Assembly: GCA_048881705.1 (NCBI GenBank) | Contig: JBHLSH010000026.1 | Coordinates: 1 to 41,841, forward strand | Origin: Candidatus Heimdallarchaeota archaeon | GTDB lineage: Archaea; Asgardarchaeota; Heimdallarchaeia; Hodarchaeales; Hodarchaeaceae | Direction of reading: 5' to 3' | Length of the DNA: 41,841 nt | In this document: positions 9,159 to 18,764 of the stretch, in pieces | Layout of the letters: each line of letters opens with the position of its first letter | Numbering within the stretch: position 1 is the stretch's first letter | The notes under the pieces: generated by a model | Told to the model about the DNA's origin: nothing | The model's input: the letters and a program-made list of their open reading frames with translations, nothing else | The model's database searches: none | Program-made: the position numbers and the translations under genes

Positions 9159-9701
9159 CTATAATTGACTTCGTAGGGTGATGATTTTCCGAGCGAGAAC
9201 TTCGAACGCTTCCTCAATCGCTTCGCCAGTTTTTGCAGATGTCTCCACAAATCCTGAGTTTAGTGCTTTTGCCTTAGCAAACCCTTGAACCGTTTTTAGA
9301 CTGGATGTAACTTCTTCTCTGAGATCAATTTTGTTTCCTATTAGCACCACAGGCAGTTCGGAAAAAGTCTCAGCGCGTTCCCGGACTTCTGCTATCCAAC
9401 CATCAATAGAATCCAGTGTTTTGGGTTGTGTAATATCATAAACAGCTAAAGCTCCAAAGGCTCCTTTATAGTAGGCCTTCATGACATTTCTAAATGCCGG
9501 TTGGCCGGCAAGATCCCAAATCTGCCAGTTCACATCATAATCATCAATTTTCGTTCTTAAAAAGGCAAAATCGGCTCCCATTGTGGCAAGAAAGTCCGTA
9601 CGAAATCCCTCTCCCATATAGCGTCTCCTGATAGAGGTTTTCCCGACTGCTCCATCCCCTATGAGCACTATTTTTAGAAGAAGCTTCGAGATCATCGACA
9701 C
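9159..9701 (-). CDS. Rab-like small GTPase
   Basis: G1 GDGAVGKT, G2 TMGADF, G3 WDLAGQ, G4 NKID, G5 ETSAK; no C-terminal Cys. Confidence 0.95.
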   Translation of the reverse strand: MSMISKLLLKIVLIGDGAVGKTSIRRRYMGEGFRTDFLATMGADFAFLRTKIDDYDVNWQIWDLAGQPAFRNVMKAYYKGAFGALAVYDITQPKTLDSIDGWIAEVRERAETFSELPVVLIGNKIDLREEVTSSLKTVQGFAKAKALNSGFVETSAKTGEAIEEAFEVLARKIITLRSQL

Positions 9702-9837
9702 ATCCTAATAATTTGGGATTATAGGGCTTAAAATCATTGTGAAGAAGAATCTGTTAATGAATTTTAAGTAATGGTCATTACAGGGGTTTATATGTAAATC
9801 CTCCCCAGAATGTTATAAAATAGTTCGGTGATAAAAA

Positions 9838-10410
9838 ATCAAATCCTCTCGTCTCTGCTTCGTAGTCGGTAGGTCAGGCAGCGGAAAGGATCTTTTGATG
9901 CGAAAAACGATTGAAGATCTGACCCATAGGGGATTACCTGCCCTCATCCTCCAAAGAGTTATCACTCGTGAGCCTGATTCATCGGAAGAATCCAAATTTG
10001 TAACTAGAGCGCAATTTCAAGACCTAAGGCAACAAGGTGAGTTTGTGCTCTCGTGGTTCATCTATAATACTAGTTTTGGAATTCCTCGTAAAGAGCTGTT
10101 CGATTTTTTATCCAAAGGTTACATCGTTCTGGTAAACGTTTCGCGAGAAACGCTTTTTGAAGCGAGGCGTCTCTTTCCAGAGTCAAAAATCGTTTACGTA
10201 AAAGCTTCGCCAGCTATCTGTGAAGATCGGATACGTAACCGCCAACGTGAAGTCAATGCGGATCTAAATGATAGAATTGAGCGACTCCGCAAAGAAATCG
10301 AGATGCCATCCCCCAATCTTATCATAAACAATGAAAATAGCATAGAGAAGGCAGTAGAGGAATTTTCATCCTTTTTAAGAGATTTATACAAGGAAAAGAG
10401 TTGGGAATGA
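9838..10410 (+). CDS. phnN: PhnN/guanylate-kinase-like P-loop kinase; true start uncertain
   Basis: The P-loop VVGRSGSGKD (9862-9891) is in frame but upstream of the track start at 9895. RVITR, W..Y...FGIP, VLVNVSR and RIRNRQRE are PhnN-like. The frame is open from 9835. Confidence 0.72.
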   Translation: MKSSRLCFVVGRSGSGKDLLMRKTIEDLTHRGLPALILQRVITREPDSSEESKFVTRAQFQDLRQQGEFVLSWFIYNTSFGIPRKELFDFLSKGYIVLVNVSRETLFEARRLFPESKIVYVKASPAICEDRIRNRQREVNADLNDRIERLRKEIEMPSPNLIINNENSIEKAVEEFSSFLRDLYKEKSWE

Positions 10411-11582
10411 GGGATATTACAATTATAGGAGTCGGAATGGGACATAGATGGGGTAATCATCCCAAAAAATCGATTATTGATCTCATGGCGAGAGCTTCCC
10501 TAGAAGCAATTGAAGACGCGGGGACTGACAGAATAGATGGTCTCTTGGTGGCGAACATGGGTGCGGGAAGGATGAATAACCAAACCGCTCTTGGATCGGC
10601 TTTGATCGATTATCTCAATTTATATCCCGCAATTGGTGCCACCGTTGAAAATGGGGCGGCCTCAGGGGCCACTGCCATACGTATGGCAGCACTCGCAATA
10701 AAATCTGGACATCATGACTGCATTATCGTAGCAGGTGGGGAAAAAATGCGAGGTGCATCGAGCAAAGAAATCACCAATCTTATCGCCACCATGGCCCATC
10801 CAGAAGCAGAATATAATCAAGGTATCACCTTCCCCAGCCTAGGAGCGTTCCTCACGCGCCTTTACTTTGAAAAGTTCGGAGTATCTCGGGAAGATCTTGC
10901 GAGAATCGCTGTTAAAAGTCATGCAAACGGATTAAAGAACCCCTTTGCTCATCTTCATAAGAAAATAACGGTGCCTGAGCTTCTAACAGATGAAAAACTT
11001 AACCCTCTGATAGTAGATCCGCTTCATCGATATGATATATGCCCGATTTCAGATGGAGCGGCCAGTGTAATCGTTTGTGAAAAGGCACTTGCAAAAAAGA
11101 TTACGGATGGGCCTCTAATTCAGTTGACGGGTATTGGGCATGGAATGGACACGATGACGGTACATGAGCGATTAGATCCCACCTTTCTTGGAGCTGTCAA
11201 GCGTTCCTGTGATCTAGCGCTCTTGCAAGCCAAAAAATCCAGAGAAGATATTTCATTGATAGAACTTCATGATGCTTTTACCATTCTGGAACTGGCAGAA
11301 GCAGAATCGGCTGGATTTTTTGAACCTGGTACCGCACATCTAGCTGTGAAAGATGGAAAAACTGAGATAACTGGAGATCTCCCCATAAATCCTTCGGGGG
11401 GTCTGAAGAGCCGAGGGCATCCACTAGGTGCGACCGGAGTGGCCCAGATTTGTGAGCTCGTCTGGCAGTTGAGAGGGGAAGCTGGGGCTAGACAGGTTCC
11501 CAACAATCCCGTAAACGGACTTGCCATTAATTTCGGTGGATTTGGGAATTCTGTCGTTTCCACCATTGTCTCTAGAGTGTGA
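10407..11582 (+). CDS. Thiolase-fold protein (SCP2/archaeal type) lacking the nucleophilic Cys
   Basis: VENGAASG, DICPISDGAA, ELHDAF, NPSGGL, GHPLGATG, NFGG. ATG 10407 overlaps the upstream TGA (ATGA). Confidence 0.9.
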   Translation: MRDITIIGVGMGHRWGNHPKKSIIDLMARASLEAIEDAGTDRIDGLLVANMGAGRMNNQTALGSALIDYLNLYPAIGATVENGAASGATAIRMAALAIKSGHHDCIIVAGGEKMRGASSKEITNLIATMAHPEAEYNQGITFPSLGAFLTRLYFEKFGVSREDLARIAVKSHANGLKNPFAHLHKKITVPELLTDEKLNPLIVDPLHRYDICPISDGAASVIVCEKALAKKITDGPLIQLTGIGHGMDTMTVHERLDPTFLGAVKRSCDLALLQAKKSREDISLIELHDAFTILELAEAESAGFFEPGTAHLAVKDGKTEITGDLPINPSGGLKSRGHPLGATGVAQICELVWQLRGEAGARQVPNNPVNGLAINFGGFGNSVVSTIVSRV

Positions 11583-11947
11583 AAAGGAAGTTTGATAGAA
11601 TGAAATCTCCGGTTGGATACCAATGTGCTTCGTGTTCGAAAATACATTATCCCTTCCATATAAGGTGTCTCGACTGCAAAAGCACCATATTTACCGAAAT
11701 TCTCTTGCCGTCCACGGGCATATTAATCACGTATTCGATTGTTTCTAATTTTTCATCTGAATCGGAAGGATCTCTTTGTTTGGGAATCATTGAGCTAAAA
11801 TTAGACAGAGATAAAGTTCGGTATACTGGCCAACTGGACGTTAAGACTGGGGATATCCAATTAGGAATGAAAATGCGTGCGAAATGGGGGAAACTGCGAA
11901 GCCTGGATAATCAAAGGCATTTCGGATTTCTATGGGAAAAAGCGTGA
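11579..11947 (+). CDS. DUF35-family Zn-ribbon/OB-fold thiolase partner
   Basis: CASC...CLDC Zn ribbon, GILITYS, then OB-fold-like strands; GTGA overlap with the thiolase stop. Confidence 0.85.
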   Translation: MKRKFDRMKSPVGYQCASCSKIHYPFHIRCLDCKSTIFTEILLPSTGILITYSIVSNFSSESEGSLCLGIIELKLDRDKVRYTGQLDVKTGDIQLGMKMRAKWGKLRSLDNQRHFGFLWEKA

Positions 11948-11955
11948 AAGAAATC

Positions 11956-12588
11956 TCATATATTTGATTTTACGGGATAGCGGGGGAATATTTGCCTAAA
12001 AAGATTGAAGTTCAATAGAAAAATCGACAGGATGACCAGGGAGGATGCGAAGGGGGCCAGCAGAGCCGAAAATGCGGGTGAAAGAATGGAAATCAGGCTT
12101 GTCGAACAGCAGGCAACACCGCTCGCAAGTGCTGAAGAACCCGCAATAATTGTAGACGCTGAATTTGTTGCGGCTTGAAGACCAGCCGTGCGGTCATCAG
12201 AGTCAACCTTGCATACTGGCGGAAATATCAGAAGCCCTGCGTAAGTTAGTCCTGAAAGGATTGCAACAGCTATAAAACCTGTTCCAGTTTGATAGGGGAT
12301 GATAATGGCCAAATTCTGTGTGACATTCCAAATCACCGCTTGGGGTTCCAAGAATAATCCAATTTCTTGATAAAAGACTTGGATGATTCCACCCGTAAAG
12401 AAAACAAGAATGAAAAAGAGAGTTATAGAAAAAATGCCCGATAGTATAACGTATTTTGCTCCTGTCACCCGATCAATTGCTAAACGTTGATTTGACCGAG
12501 AAAGCTTATACGTAAATCCAAAAATTGGAAAAAAAAGACCCAAAATGGAAATCCATGAAATTTCGACAAAATAAACCCAATCTATCAA
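11956..12588 (-). CDS. Membrane protein with a vicinal Cys-Cys pair in a TM segment
   Basis: Several TM helices; ALASGVACCSTSLI. Confidence 0.65.
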   Translation of the reverse strand: MIDWVYFVEISWISILGLFFPIFGFTYKLSRSNQRLAIDRVTGAKYVILSGIFSITLFFILVFFTGGIIQVFYQEIGLFLEPQAVIWNVTQNLAIIIPYQTGTGFIAVAILSGLTYAGLLIFPPVCKVDSDDRTAGLQAATNSASTIIAGSSALASGVACCSTSLISILSPAFSALLAPFASSLVILSIFLLNFNLFRQIFPRYPVKSNI

Positions 12589-12642
12589 CTCTTAATCTCC
12601 ATTTACTTACGGTCTTGCCATTTAAATTAGGTAATGCAAGGG

Positions 12643-13941
12643 TTATTCCTTTTGATTTGTCCGTTTTTTGAGTTTAAGAACCGCAATCAATAAAACAAAT
12701 CCAGGAATCGCTAATATTAGCGATAAACCCCGAGTGTTGAACGAATTCCCTCCTGGTAAATCATTCGCCGTAGAAAAGTTTTCTACAGGACCATCGAAGT
12801 AGACGTAACTTTCGGTTCGAAACACCGTGACCTCAGAATAAAACGAGGTAGCTGCAAACCAAAAAGCACTATATGCAGGGACTTGGGATAATCTCGTTCC
12901 TTGCAATGGACCTCGAAAAGCCAGCCCATTAAAGTTCCATACACTACCTGTTTGGTTATCACGAAACACAGGCAGACCCATTGTGTCAGAATTATCATAA
13001 TCCGCTATATTGGCCTGGGAAAATGTCAAAAAGGATTCAATTACTAAGGGGGAGTCTATTGAAGTGTTAAACGGGATCGCCAGATCATTATTAGAATCAT
13101 ACACTATAACAATAGACGTCTCGGAGCCGTTTTGTCGATGATTTACAACGGGAGATTTTGAAAGTTCAAAATAAGGGTACAAATATGTCATTGTACCGAT
13201 ATTCAAAACAAGCGTCAAATGTTTCTGATGATATAGATTGTAAGGCGCAGCTGATACATCATATGTAGTTGGAAACCAAATACTTCCCAAATTACGGTAT
13301 CCCGGATATGGTGTAGAATCATATGTCCGAAAATGTCCTGTTTCACGGCTTAAAACCTGGGTATCCGGATGGAGAGTTTTCCAAGTTCGCCAGGTTGTTT
13401 CCACAACAGGCATTTGGGGAAGATTTTTCCCTATTGATTCCCCTACTATTATCACACCTAACATCTGGCTATACCAATCATCGGTTGTCCGGGTATAAAA
13501 CACCAAATTATTTTCATAAAGTCGGCCAGTGGTTCCCAAAGTACTTCCTCCAATGGATGTCGTATTGTAGGCAATTGCAGATCCAGTGAGAGGACAGAAC
13601 GTGACACTAAACGGGGAACCGTCAATTTCATCATTACAAATCTCATGCCAGTTCAGAATATCCCGAGGATAGGCCCTAGCAACGCCATTAACCACTACTC
13701 CAACCACATATAGCTCATTCAAATAATTTGCAATGTATAAATCTTCAAATTCTTCTGACGTGATAAATTTTGGAGAATCTATGGCAGGAATGCCGTCTTT
13801 CGGGGGCCCTCCACTGACAATCTCATTACACGGAACAAGACAGTCATCTACCGCGGCCGTAGAAGCGAGGTTAATTAAAAAACCAAGCATAAGGACCGTG
13901 AATGCAAGTGTTGTACTAAATCCTCGTAATGGAGACTTCAA
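12643..13941 (-). CDS. DUF3179-domain surface protein with signal peptide and C-terminal TM anchor
   Basis: SGGPPKDGIPAID, ARAYP..ILNWHEIxND, VTFCPLTGS, DNQTGSVWN, FWFA. Confidence 0.88.
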   Translation of the reverse strand: MKSPLRGFSTTLAFTVLMLGFLINLASTAAVDDCLVPCNEIVSGGPPKDGIPAIDSPKFITSEEFEDLYIANYLNELYVVGVVVNGVARAYPRDILNWHEICNDEIDGSPFSVTFCPLTGSAIAYNTTSIGGSTLGTTGRLYENNLVFYTRTTDDWYSQMLGVIIVGESIGKNLPQMPVVETTWRTWKTLHPDTQVLSRETGHFRTYDSTPYPGYRNLGSIWFPTTYDVSAAPYNLYHQKHLTLVLNIGTMTYLYPYFELSKSPVVNHRQNGSETSIVIVYDSNNDLAIPFNTSIDSPLVIESFLTFSQANIADYDNSDTMGLPVFRDNQTGSVWNFNGLAFRGPLQGTRLSQVPAYSAFWFAATSFYSEVTVFRTESYVYFDGPVENFSTANDLPGGNSFNTRGLSLILAIPGFVLLIAVLKLKKRTNQKE

Positions 13942-14399
13942 TGTGCGCTCGCCATTAAAAAGAGTTGGTTCCTATTCCCTCTCCAGGAGAAAACAGATAC
14001 AGTATCCTTTTATTTCTGTTCAAACGAAATTCGTATCATTTGAAGAAAAATAGCGAACATTGATGTCCTGATTCGTCAGATTTCAGCCTCTGTGATCCCA
14101 TCCTGGAGGATAATGGTTTCTTCGCATATAAAATCAAAATCTATCAAGAACGGGAAACAGGATTTGCTTTAATCTAAACTTGGCTGATCTAGGTTTTGTA
14201 TATATTGAGAAAACGGATCTTTAAAAAGCTACAGAATTTAAAAAATGCTTGTTTAAGATATCATCGCTGATTAATGAATCTCACCCTGCGAACTCATCTA
14301 TAGATTGATAGGTTGCTTTGGATTTGAGGCACAAGATAGGATGAAATTAGGATGTGAAAAAGATTTAGGGATATACCCCCAATCTAAAAACTGATTTCG

Positions 14400-14846
14400 T
14401 TATCCTGTTTGGCCTTGATATTCTTCTTCGGATTCTTTTGATATTTTCTCTAGGCCTTCATCTACTAGTTTGCTTACTGTCACTTCTACTATCTTTTCGC
14501 CAGCTTTTTTGGCTGCTTTCATTGCTATTTCATTATCCGTTTTTTGTTTGACGTTTTCTTCCACGTCATCTTCAATGTCGTTCCACACAATCTCCGAAAT
14601 CTTGTCTTTTAACGTTTCTACCCCTGCCCTCTTGTGGGCTTCCAGATCAACGTGTTTGAAAACAATTTCTCTTCCTTCATCTGACCATTCCTGAACCACG
14701 TTGTGAAATTCCTCGCGATAATGTCCTGAGTAACCATCGATCTGCATCAAGACAGAACGTTCGATTTTTTGTTTAATTTCTGGATTTATTGCATCTACAC
14801 TAACTTTTTCTTCTACAGCCGACTTTATTTTCTTAAAAAAACCCAT
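14400..14846 (-). CDS. Hypothetical charged helical protein
   Basis: 148 aa, ATG start with upstream AGGAGG, natural-looking composition, no motif. Confidence 0.6.
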   Translation of the reverse strand: MGFFKKIKSAVEEKVSVDAINPEIKQKIERSVLMQIDGYSGHYREEFHNVVQEWSDEGREIVFKHVDLEAHKRAGVETLKDKISEIVWNDIEDDVEENVKQKTDNEIAMKAAKKAGEKIVEVTVSKLVDEGLEKISKESEEEYQGQTG

Positions 14847-15441
14847 TTACGAATTCCTCCTATTAATCTAGACGGAGAATAATTCTATCAAAGGGAACGA
14901 TTTCGCACGATTTTTATACCATTCCCTTTGATTCTCAGCATGTGTCTAGTATTTTGCTCCATTATGGTTTATTCGTGACTAAAACCCGTTTGCTTTGCCA
15001 AGCGACAGATAGGTACTGCACGGTCTTAGGAACGGAAAAGAGTCTCTCGGGTTCCATGTCTTATGAAACTCTAAATCTTGATATGGTTGATCAGATTAAA
15101 CTCCCTTTTACAGGATCCCTTTGAGGTGGTCTTGAAAGCAGGAGAATCCTGAATTTTCCTCAGCTATGTTGAGTTCCCAGATATCTGGATTCTTGGGTTA
15201 GGAGGATTTTTTTTTCCTGATGTCTTCGGTTTTTCAATTCCATGGGGATTCGAGATGGTTTAGATCTTCGAAAACGATTTCATCTGGAAATATTTTTGAT
15301 CAAAGAGCAGATTCATTTGCCAAAAACGTCCAATAAAGTATTAAAGATGGATTTGGGGTGACAAGAGGAGGAATTCCAACGATTGATTTTGGCTTTTTAG
15401 GAACTTCAATTGTTGAGATCGTCCTTAAACGAGTTTAAAAG

Positions 15442-18393
15442 GTGAAAAATCTAAAAATGAAAAATAAAAAGATCTTGAGCGCTACGGCGGTCGTAACGCT
15501 CGTCTTTGTAATGTCCTTGGTTGGGGGTATGATTCCACAATTCAAGAATCAGAGTCCAGCGTCAAACCAAGTGAATGGAACTCCGGAGAATGTTCCAGTT
15601 GAACCTCTGGGTCTTACGGAACAATCGGAGTTGGAACAACCTACCGATTTCTCGGAAAAACCCGAGTCGGGGCAAGATACAAATCTCACGGAGGAACTGG
15701 AAGAACCACCATATGTTGAGGCGATTCCTGAACAACCCACAGGAGATAACATGGCTGAGGAAGTCAGTTCTGAGTTCAAGTCCTCCTCAGCTGAGCTTCA
15801 AAGTACCGTTGGTACACACCAGTTTTCGATTAGCTATTATAGGGCGAATATCCATAATACACACGATCTTTGGCCCTTTAGTGGTAATTGGCGTTTTTGG
15901 GCAACTGGAAGCACATGGACCGGTACTTATGACAACATTGGAACTGGAATTATTGATTTCTCGGATAGAACAAGCTCGTGGGATGTTTCTGGTGCAACTT
16001 CCCAGACTGTATTTGTAGTTGAAGCACAAGAAATAGACCTGGGTCTTGTAGATTATTGGTCACGGGTGACCATAACAATACCTTCTCCTGCCTATATTAC
16101 TCCAAATAATTGGCATCAAGATGATTCACGCTCTGGGGATGTTACGCACTACTGGCTATATCGTCTTAGAAATCTTTCTCCAATAGCGAATGCAATTGGC
16201 GGGGCAGGCCTTCATATCCAATGGCAACCCATTGTCCTATCGGGTATTGGTTCGGAACCAGAAGGTGATAGCTTCAGTTGGTATTGGGATCTCGACAACG
16301 ATGGAACTTTCGAGACCCAGGTGTCTAATCCGGTATTCCCCTCAGATGTACCTGGAACTTACACAGTAGGCCTTCGCGCGCGGGATGATTACTTTGGAGC
16401 ATGGTCAAATGTAGTTAGTACTACTGTTACCGTTGTTCCAGACTCAGATATGGATGGAATCAGTGATGGCGATGAAACAAGCATATATGGCACGGATCCG
16501 CTGAACCCGGACACCGATGGGGATGGGCTCTCCGATGGCGATGAGGTTCTCGTTCACGGCACCGATCCGTTGAATCCTGATACCGATGGCGATGGTCTAT
16601 CCGATGGAAAAGAAATCATATATGGAACGAACCCTTTCGTTTCAGATACTGACGGGGATGGGCTCTCCGATGGCGATGAAGTCTTTCAATACTTCACAAG
16701 ACCATTATCAGTTGATACTGACACGGATGGACTGACTGATGGCGAAGAAGTTTTAATCTACAATACAGATCCCTTAAACCTTGATACCGATGGGGATGGC
16801 ACATATGATGGCGATGAGGTGCTTGTTATAGGTACCGATCCTTTGAACTCGGACAGTGATGGCGACGGTCTACTTGATGGGCATGAAACGGTCATATATG
16901 GTACGGATCCGTTGAACCCGGACACGGATGGCGATGGTCTATCCGATGGCGATGAAGTACTAATATATGGCACGGATCCTCTAAATCCCGATACCGACGG
17001 TGATGGCTTGTCCGATGGACAGGAAATCCTTACTTATGGCACGGATCCTTTGAACCCAGACACTGACGGCGATGGTCTATCCGATGGCGATGAAGTTCTA
17101 GTTTATCGATCCAATCCTCTGAACATCCATAGTGACTTTGATGGAATACCTGACGGTGATGAAGTCTTTCTGTATGGAACCAATCCTATAAACCCAGACA
17201 CTGACGCGGATGGAATAGTTGATTTCGACGAGATTTTTGTTTATGGAACGGATCCCATTAACCCCGATACAGATGGAGATGGTCTATCTGATGGGCAGGA
17301 AATTCGTACCTATGGTACCGATCCCTTTAACCCCGATACAGATGGAGATGGTCTATCTGATGGGCAGGAAATCCACACGTATGGCACCGATCCGTTAACT
17401 GCGGATATGGATAATGATGGTCTATCCGATGGTGAAGAAGTTCTTACCTATGGTACCGATCCACTAAATGCGGATACAGATGGAGATGGTCTATCCGACA
17501 GCGAAGAAGTTCTCATTTATGGCACGGATCCATTAACTGCGGATATGGATAATGATGGTCTATCCGATGGTGAAGAGCTTCTTGTTTATGGTACTGATCC
17601 ATTTAATCCCGACACCGATGGTGACGGTCTATCCGATGGCGAAGAAGTAATTACTTACATCACGGATCCCTTGAATCCAGACACGGATGGTGATGGCTTA
17701 TCCGATGGCGAAGAAGTCCTTATTTATGGTACCGATCCTTTAACCGCGGATATTGATGGAGATGGTCTATCTGATGGACAGGAAATCCTTACCTATGGCA
17801 CCGATCCCTATAACCCGGACACGGATGGCGATGACTTATCCGATGGCGATGAAGTGCTTACTTATCTCACGGATCCTTTGAATGCCGATAGCGACGGTGA
17901 TCAAGCGAGCGATGGTGACGAGGTCTTATTCTATGCATCTGACCCATTGGTTATTGACACTGATGGCGATGGTCTCAGTGATGGGTTTGAAATATTAGTA
18001 TCAGGCACCGATCCCACCAATCCGGATACGGATGGTGATGGCTATACGGATTTTGAAGAGGTTACTGATCCACCCAGTGCTCCGCTTAATCTTGCAGCAA
18101 GCCGAACTAGTTCTGGAGTCGACATGACATGGGCAACGCCCAATAAGATTGGAGGTACGCCGATTCTTGAATATCGGGTTTATCGAGCTTCACTTACATT
18201 CTTTTGTTTCTATGTGCCCTTCCCTCCGTATCTGATCTGTTTTTGGCTACCAGGACCCTATAGTTTTATTGGCTCAAGTACCACCCTTAGCTACGCGGAC
18301 TCAACCGCAGTTCTAGGACAAACCTACTACTATGTTGTCACAGCTGTCAATTCTTTAGGTGAAAGCGTCTATTCCAACAGAGTTCAAATTTAA
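15442..18393 (+). CDS. Secreted/surface protein: signal/TM, acidic linker, PKD-like domain, 24 TSP3-like Ca-binding repeats, C-terminal FN3
   Basis: Hydrophobic N-terminus; YWDLDNDG...YTVGLRARD (PKD-like); [12 protein letters not shown] repeats; PSAPLNL...W..P...Y.VYR...[12 protein letters not shown] (FN3). The start may be ATG 15457. Confidence 0.88.
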   Translation: MKNLKMKNKKILSATAVVTLVFVMSLVGGMIPQFKNQSPASNQVNGTPENVPVEPLGLTEQSELEQPTDFSEKPESGQDTNLTEELEEPPYVEAIPEQPTGDNMAEEVSSEFKSSSAELQSTVGTHQFSISYYRANIHNTHDLWPFSGNWRFWATGSTWTGTYDNIGTGIIDFSDRTSSWDVSGATSQTVFVVEAQEIDLGLVDYWSRVTITIPSPAYITPNNWHQDDSRSGDVTHYWLYRLRNLSPIANAIGGAGLHIQWQPIVLSGIGSEPEGDSFSWYWDLDNDGTFETQVSNPVFPSDVPGTYTVGLRARDDYFGAWSNVVSTTVTVVPDSDMDGISDGDETSIYGTDPLNPDTDGDGLSDGDEVLVHGTDPLNPDTDGDGLSDGKEIIYGTNPFVSDTDGDGLSDGDEVFQYFTRPLSVDTDTDGLTDGEEVLIYNTDPLNLDTDGDGTYDGDEVLVIGTDPLNSDSDGDGLLDGHETVIYGTDPLNPDTDGDGLSDGDEVLIYGTDPLNPDTDGDGLSDGQEILTYGTDPLNPDTDGDGLSDGDEVLVYRSNPLNIHSDFDGIPDGDEVFLYGTNPINPDTDADGIVDFDEIFVYGTDPINPDTDGDGLSDGQEIRTYGTDPFNPDTDGDGLSDGQEIHTYGTDPLTADMDNDGLSDGEEVLTYGTDPLNADTDGDGLSDSEEVLIYGTDPLTADMDNDGLSDGEELLVYGTDPFNPDTDGDGLSDGEEVITYITDPLNPDTDGDGLSDGEEVLIYGTDPLTADIDGDGLSDGQEILTYGTDPYNPDTDGDDLSDGDEVLTYLTDPLNADSDGDQASDGDEVLFYASDPLVIDTDGDGLSDGFEILVSGTDPTNPDTDGDGYTDFEEVTDPPSAPLNLAASRTSSGVDMTWATPNKIGGTPILEYRVYRASLTFFCFYVPFPPYLICFWLPGPYSFIGSSTTLSYADSTAVLGQTYYYVVTAVNSLGESVYSNRVQI
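16438..18060 (+). repeat. In-frame tandem array, about 24 x 69 nt (23 aa, consensus [23 protein letters not shown])
   Basis: Counted 23 full units (one of 22 aa) plus one partial unit; the total of 541 codons matches the coordinates. Confidence 0.92.
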
Positions 18394-18431
18394 AATTAAA
18401 CTGGACTACCAGTGATATTTTAAATTTCTTC

Positions 18432-18441
18432 TTTTTTTTTT
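18432..18441 (+). terminator. Oligo-T archaeal terminator
   Basis: T10 run about 40 nt after the stop of the surface-protein gene. Confidence 0.55.
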
Positions 18442-18764
18442 CCTCCTATCCTGGGTCTCATCCTCTTGTTTTGGCATTCAAAGGCAAGATGGAGGGTGGC
18501 ATCGGCTAGAAATGTTTTTTTCCTTGTAAAAGGTTGATGGAAGAGTAAGACCTAGGGACAAAGCAAAAAGAGGAACTAAACGAAATTGGGATCGATTTGC
18601 TTTTTGGAAAAATACCAGTTCAAACAGGCAGGAAAGAATAAGGATTTTCCGAATATGTTACCAAAAGAAGCTTAAGACTCTATTTTTGAGCTAAAATAAC
18701 ATCAGGCACCGTTATTAGGTTTTTCACTTCCATTGAAATCAAATTATTTTGGAGACGAATTGCG

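Noticed and set aside
12643-13941. Selenocysteine recoding in DUF3179, a family sometimes annotated as selenoprotein
   Set aside because: The ORF has no in-frame TGA and I saw no convincing SECIS.
14942-15124. 60-aa ORF upstream of the surface-protein gene
   Set aside because: Short, no motif, no RBS; likely spurious.
15176-15287. CCAGATATCTGG palindrome and GATTTCATCTGG, which recurs at 39781
   Set aside because: 12-mer matches are expected by chance and there are too few copies to define an operator.
16438-18060. Periodic DNA resembling a CRISPR array
   Set aside because: It is in-frame 69-nt coding repeats with synonymous variation, no unique spacers and no cas genes.
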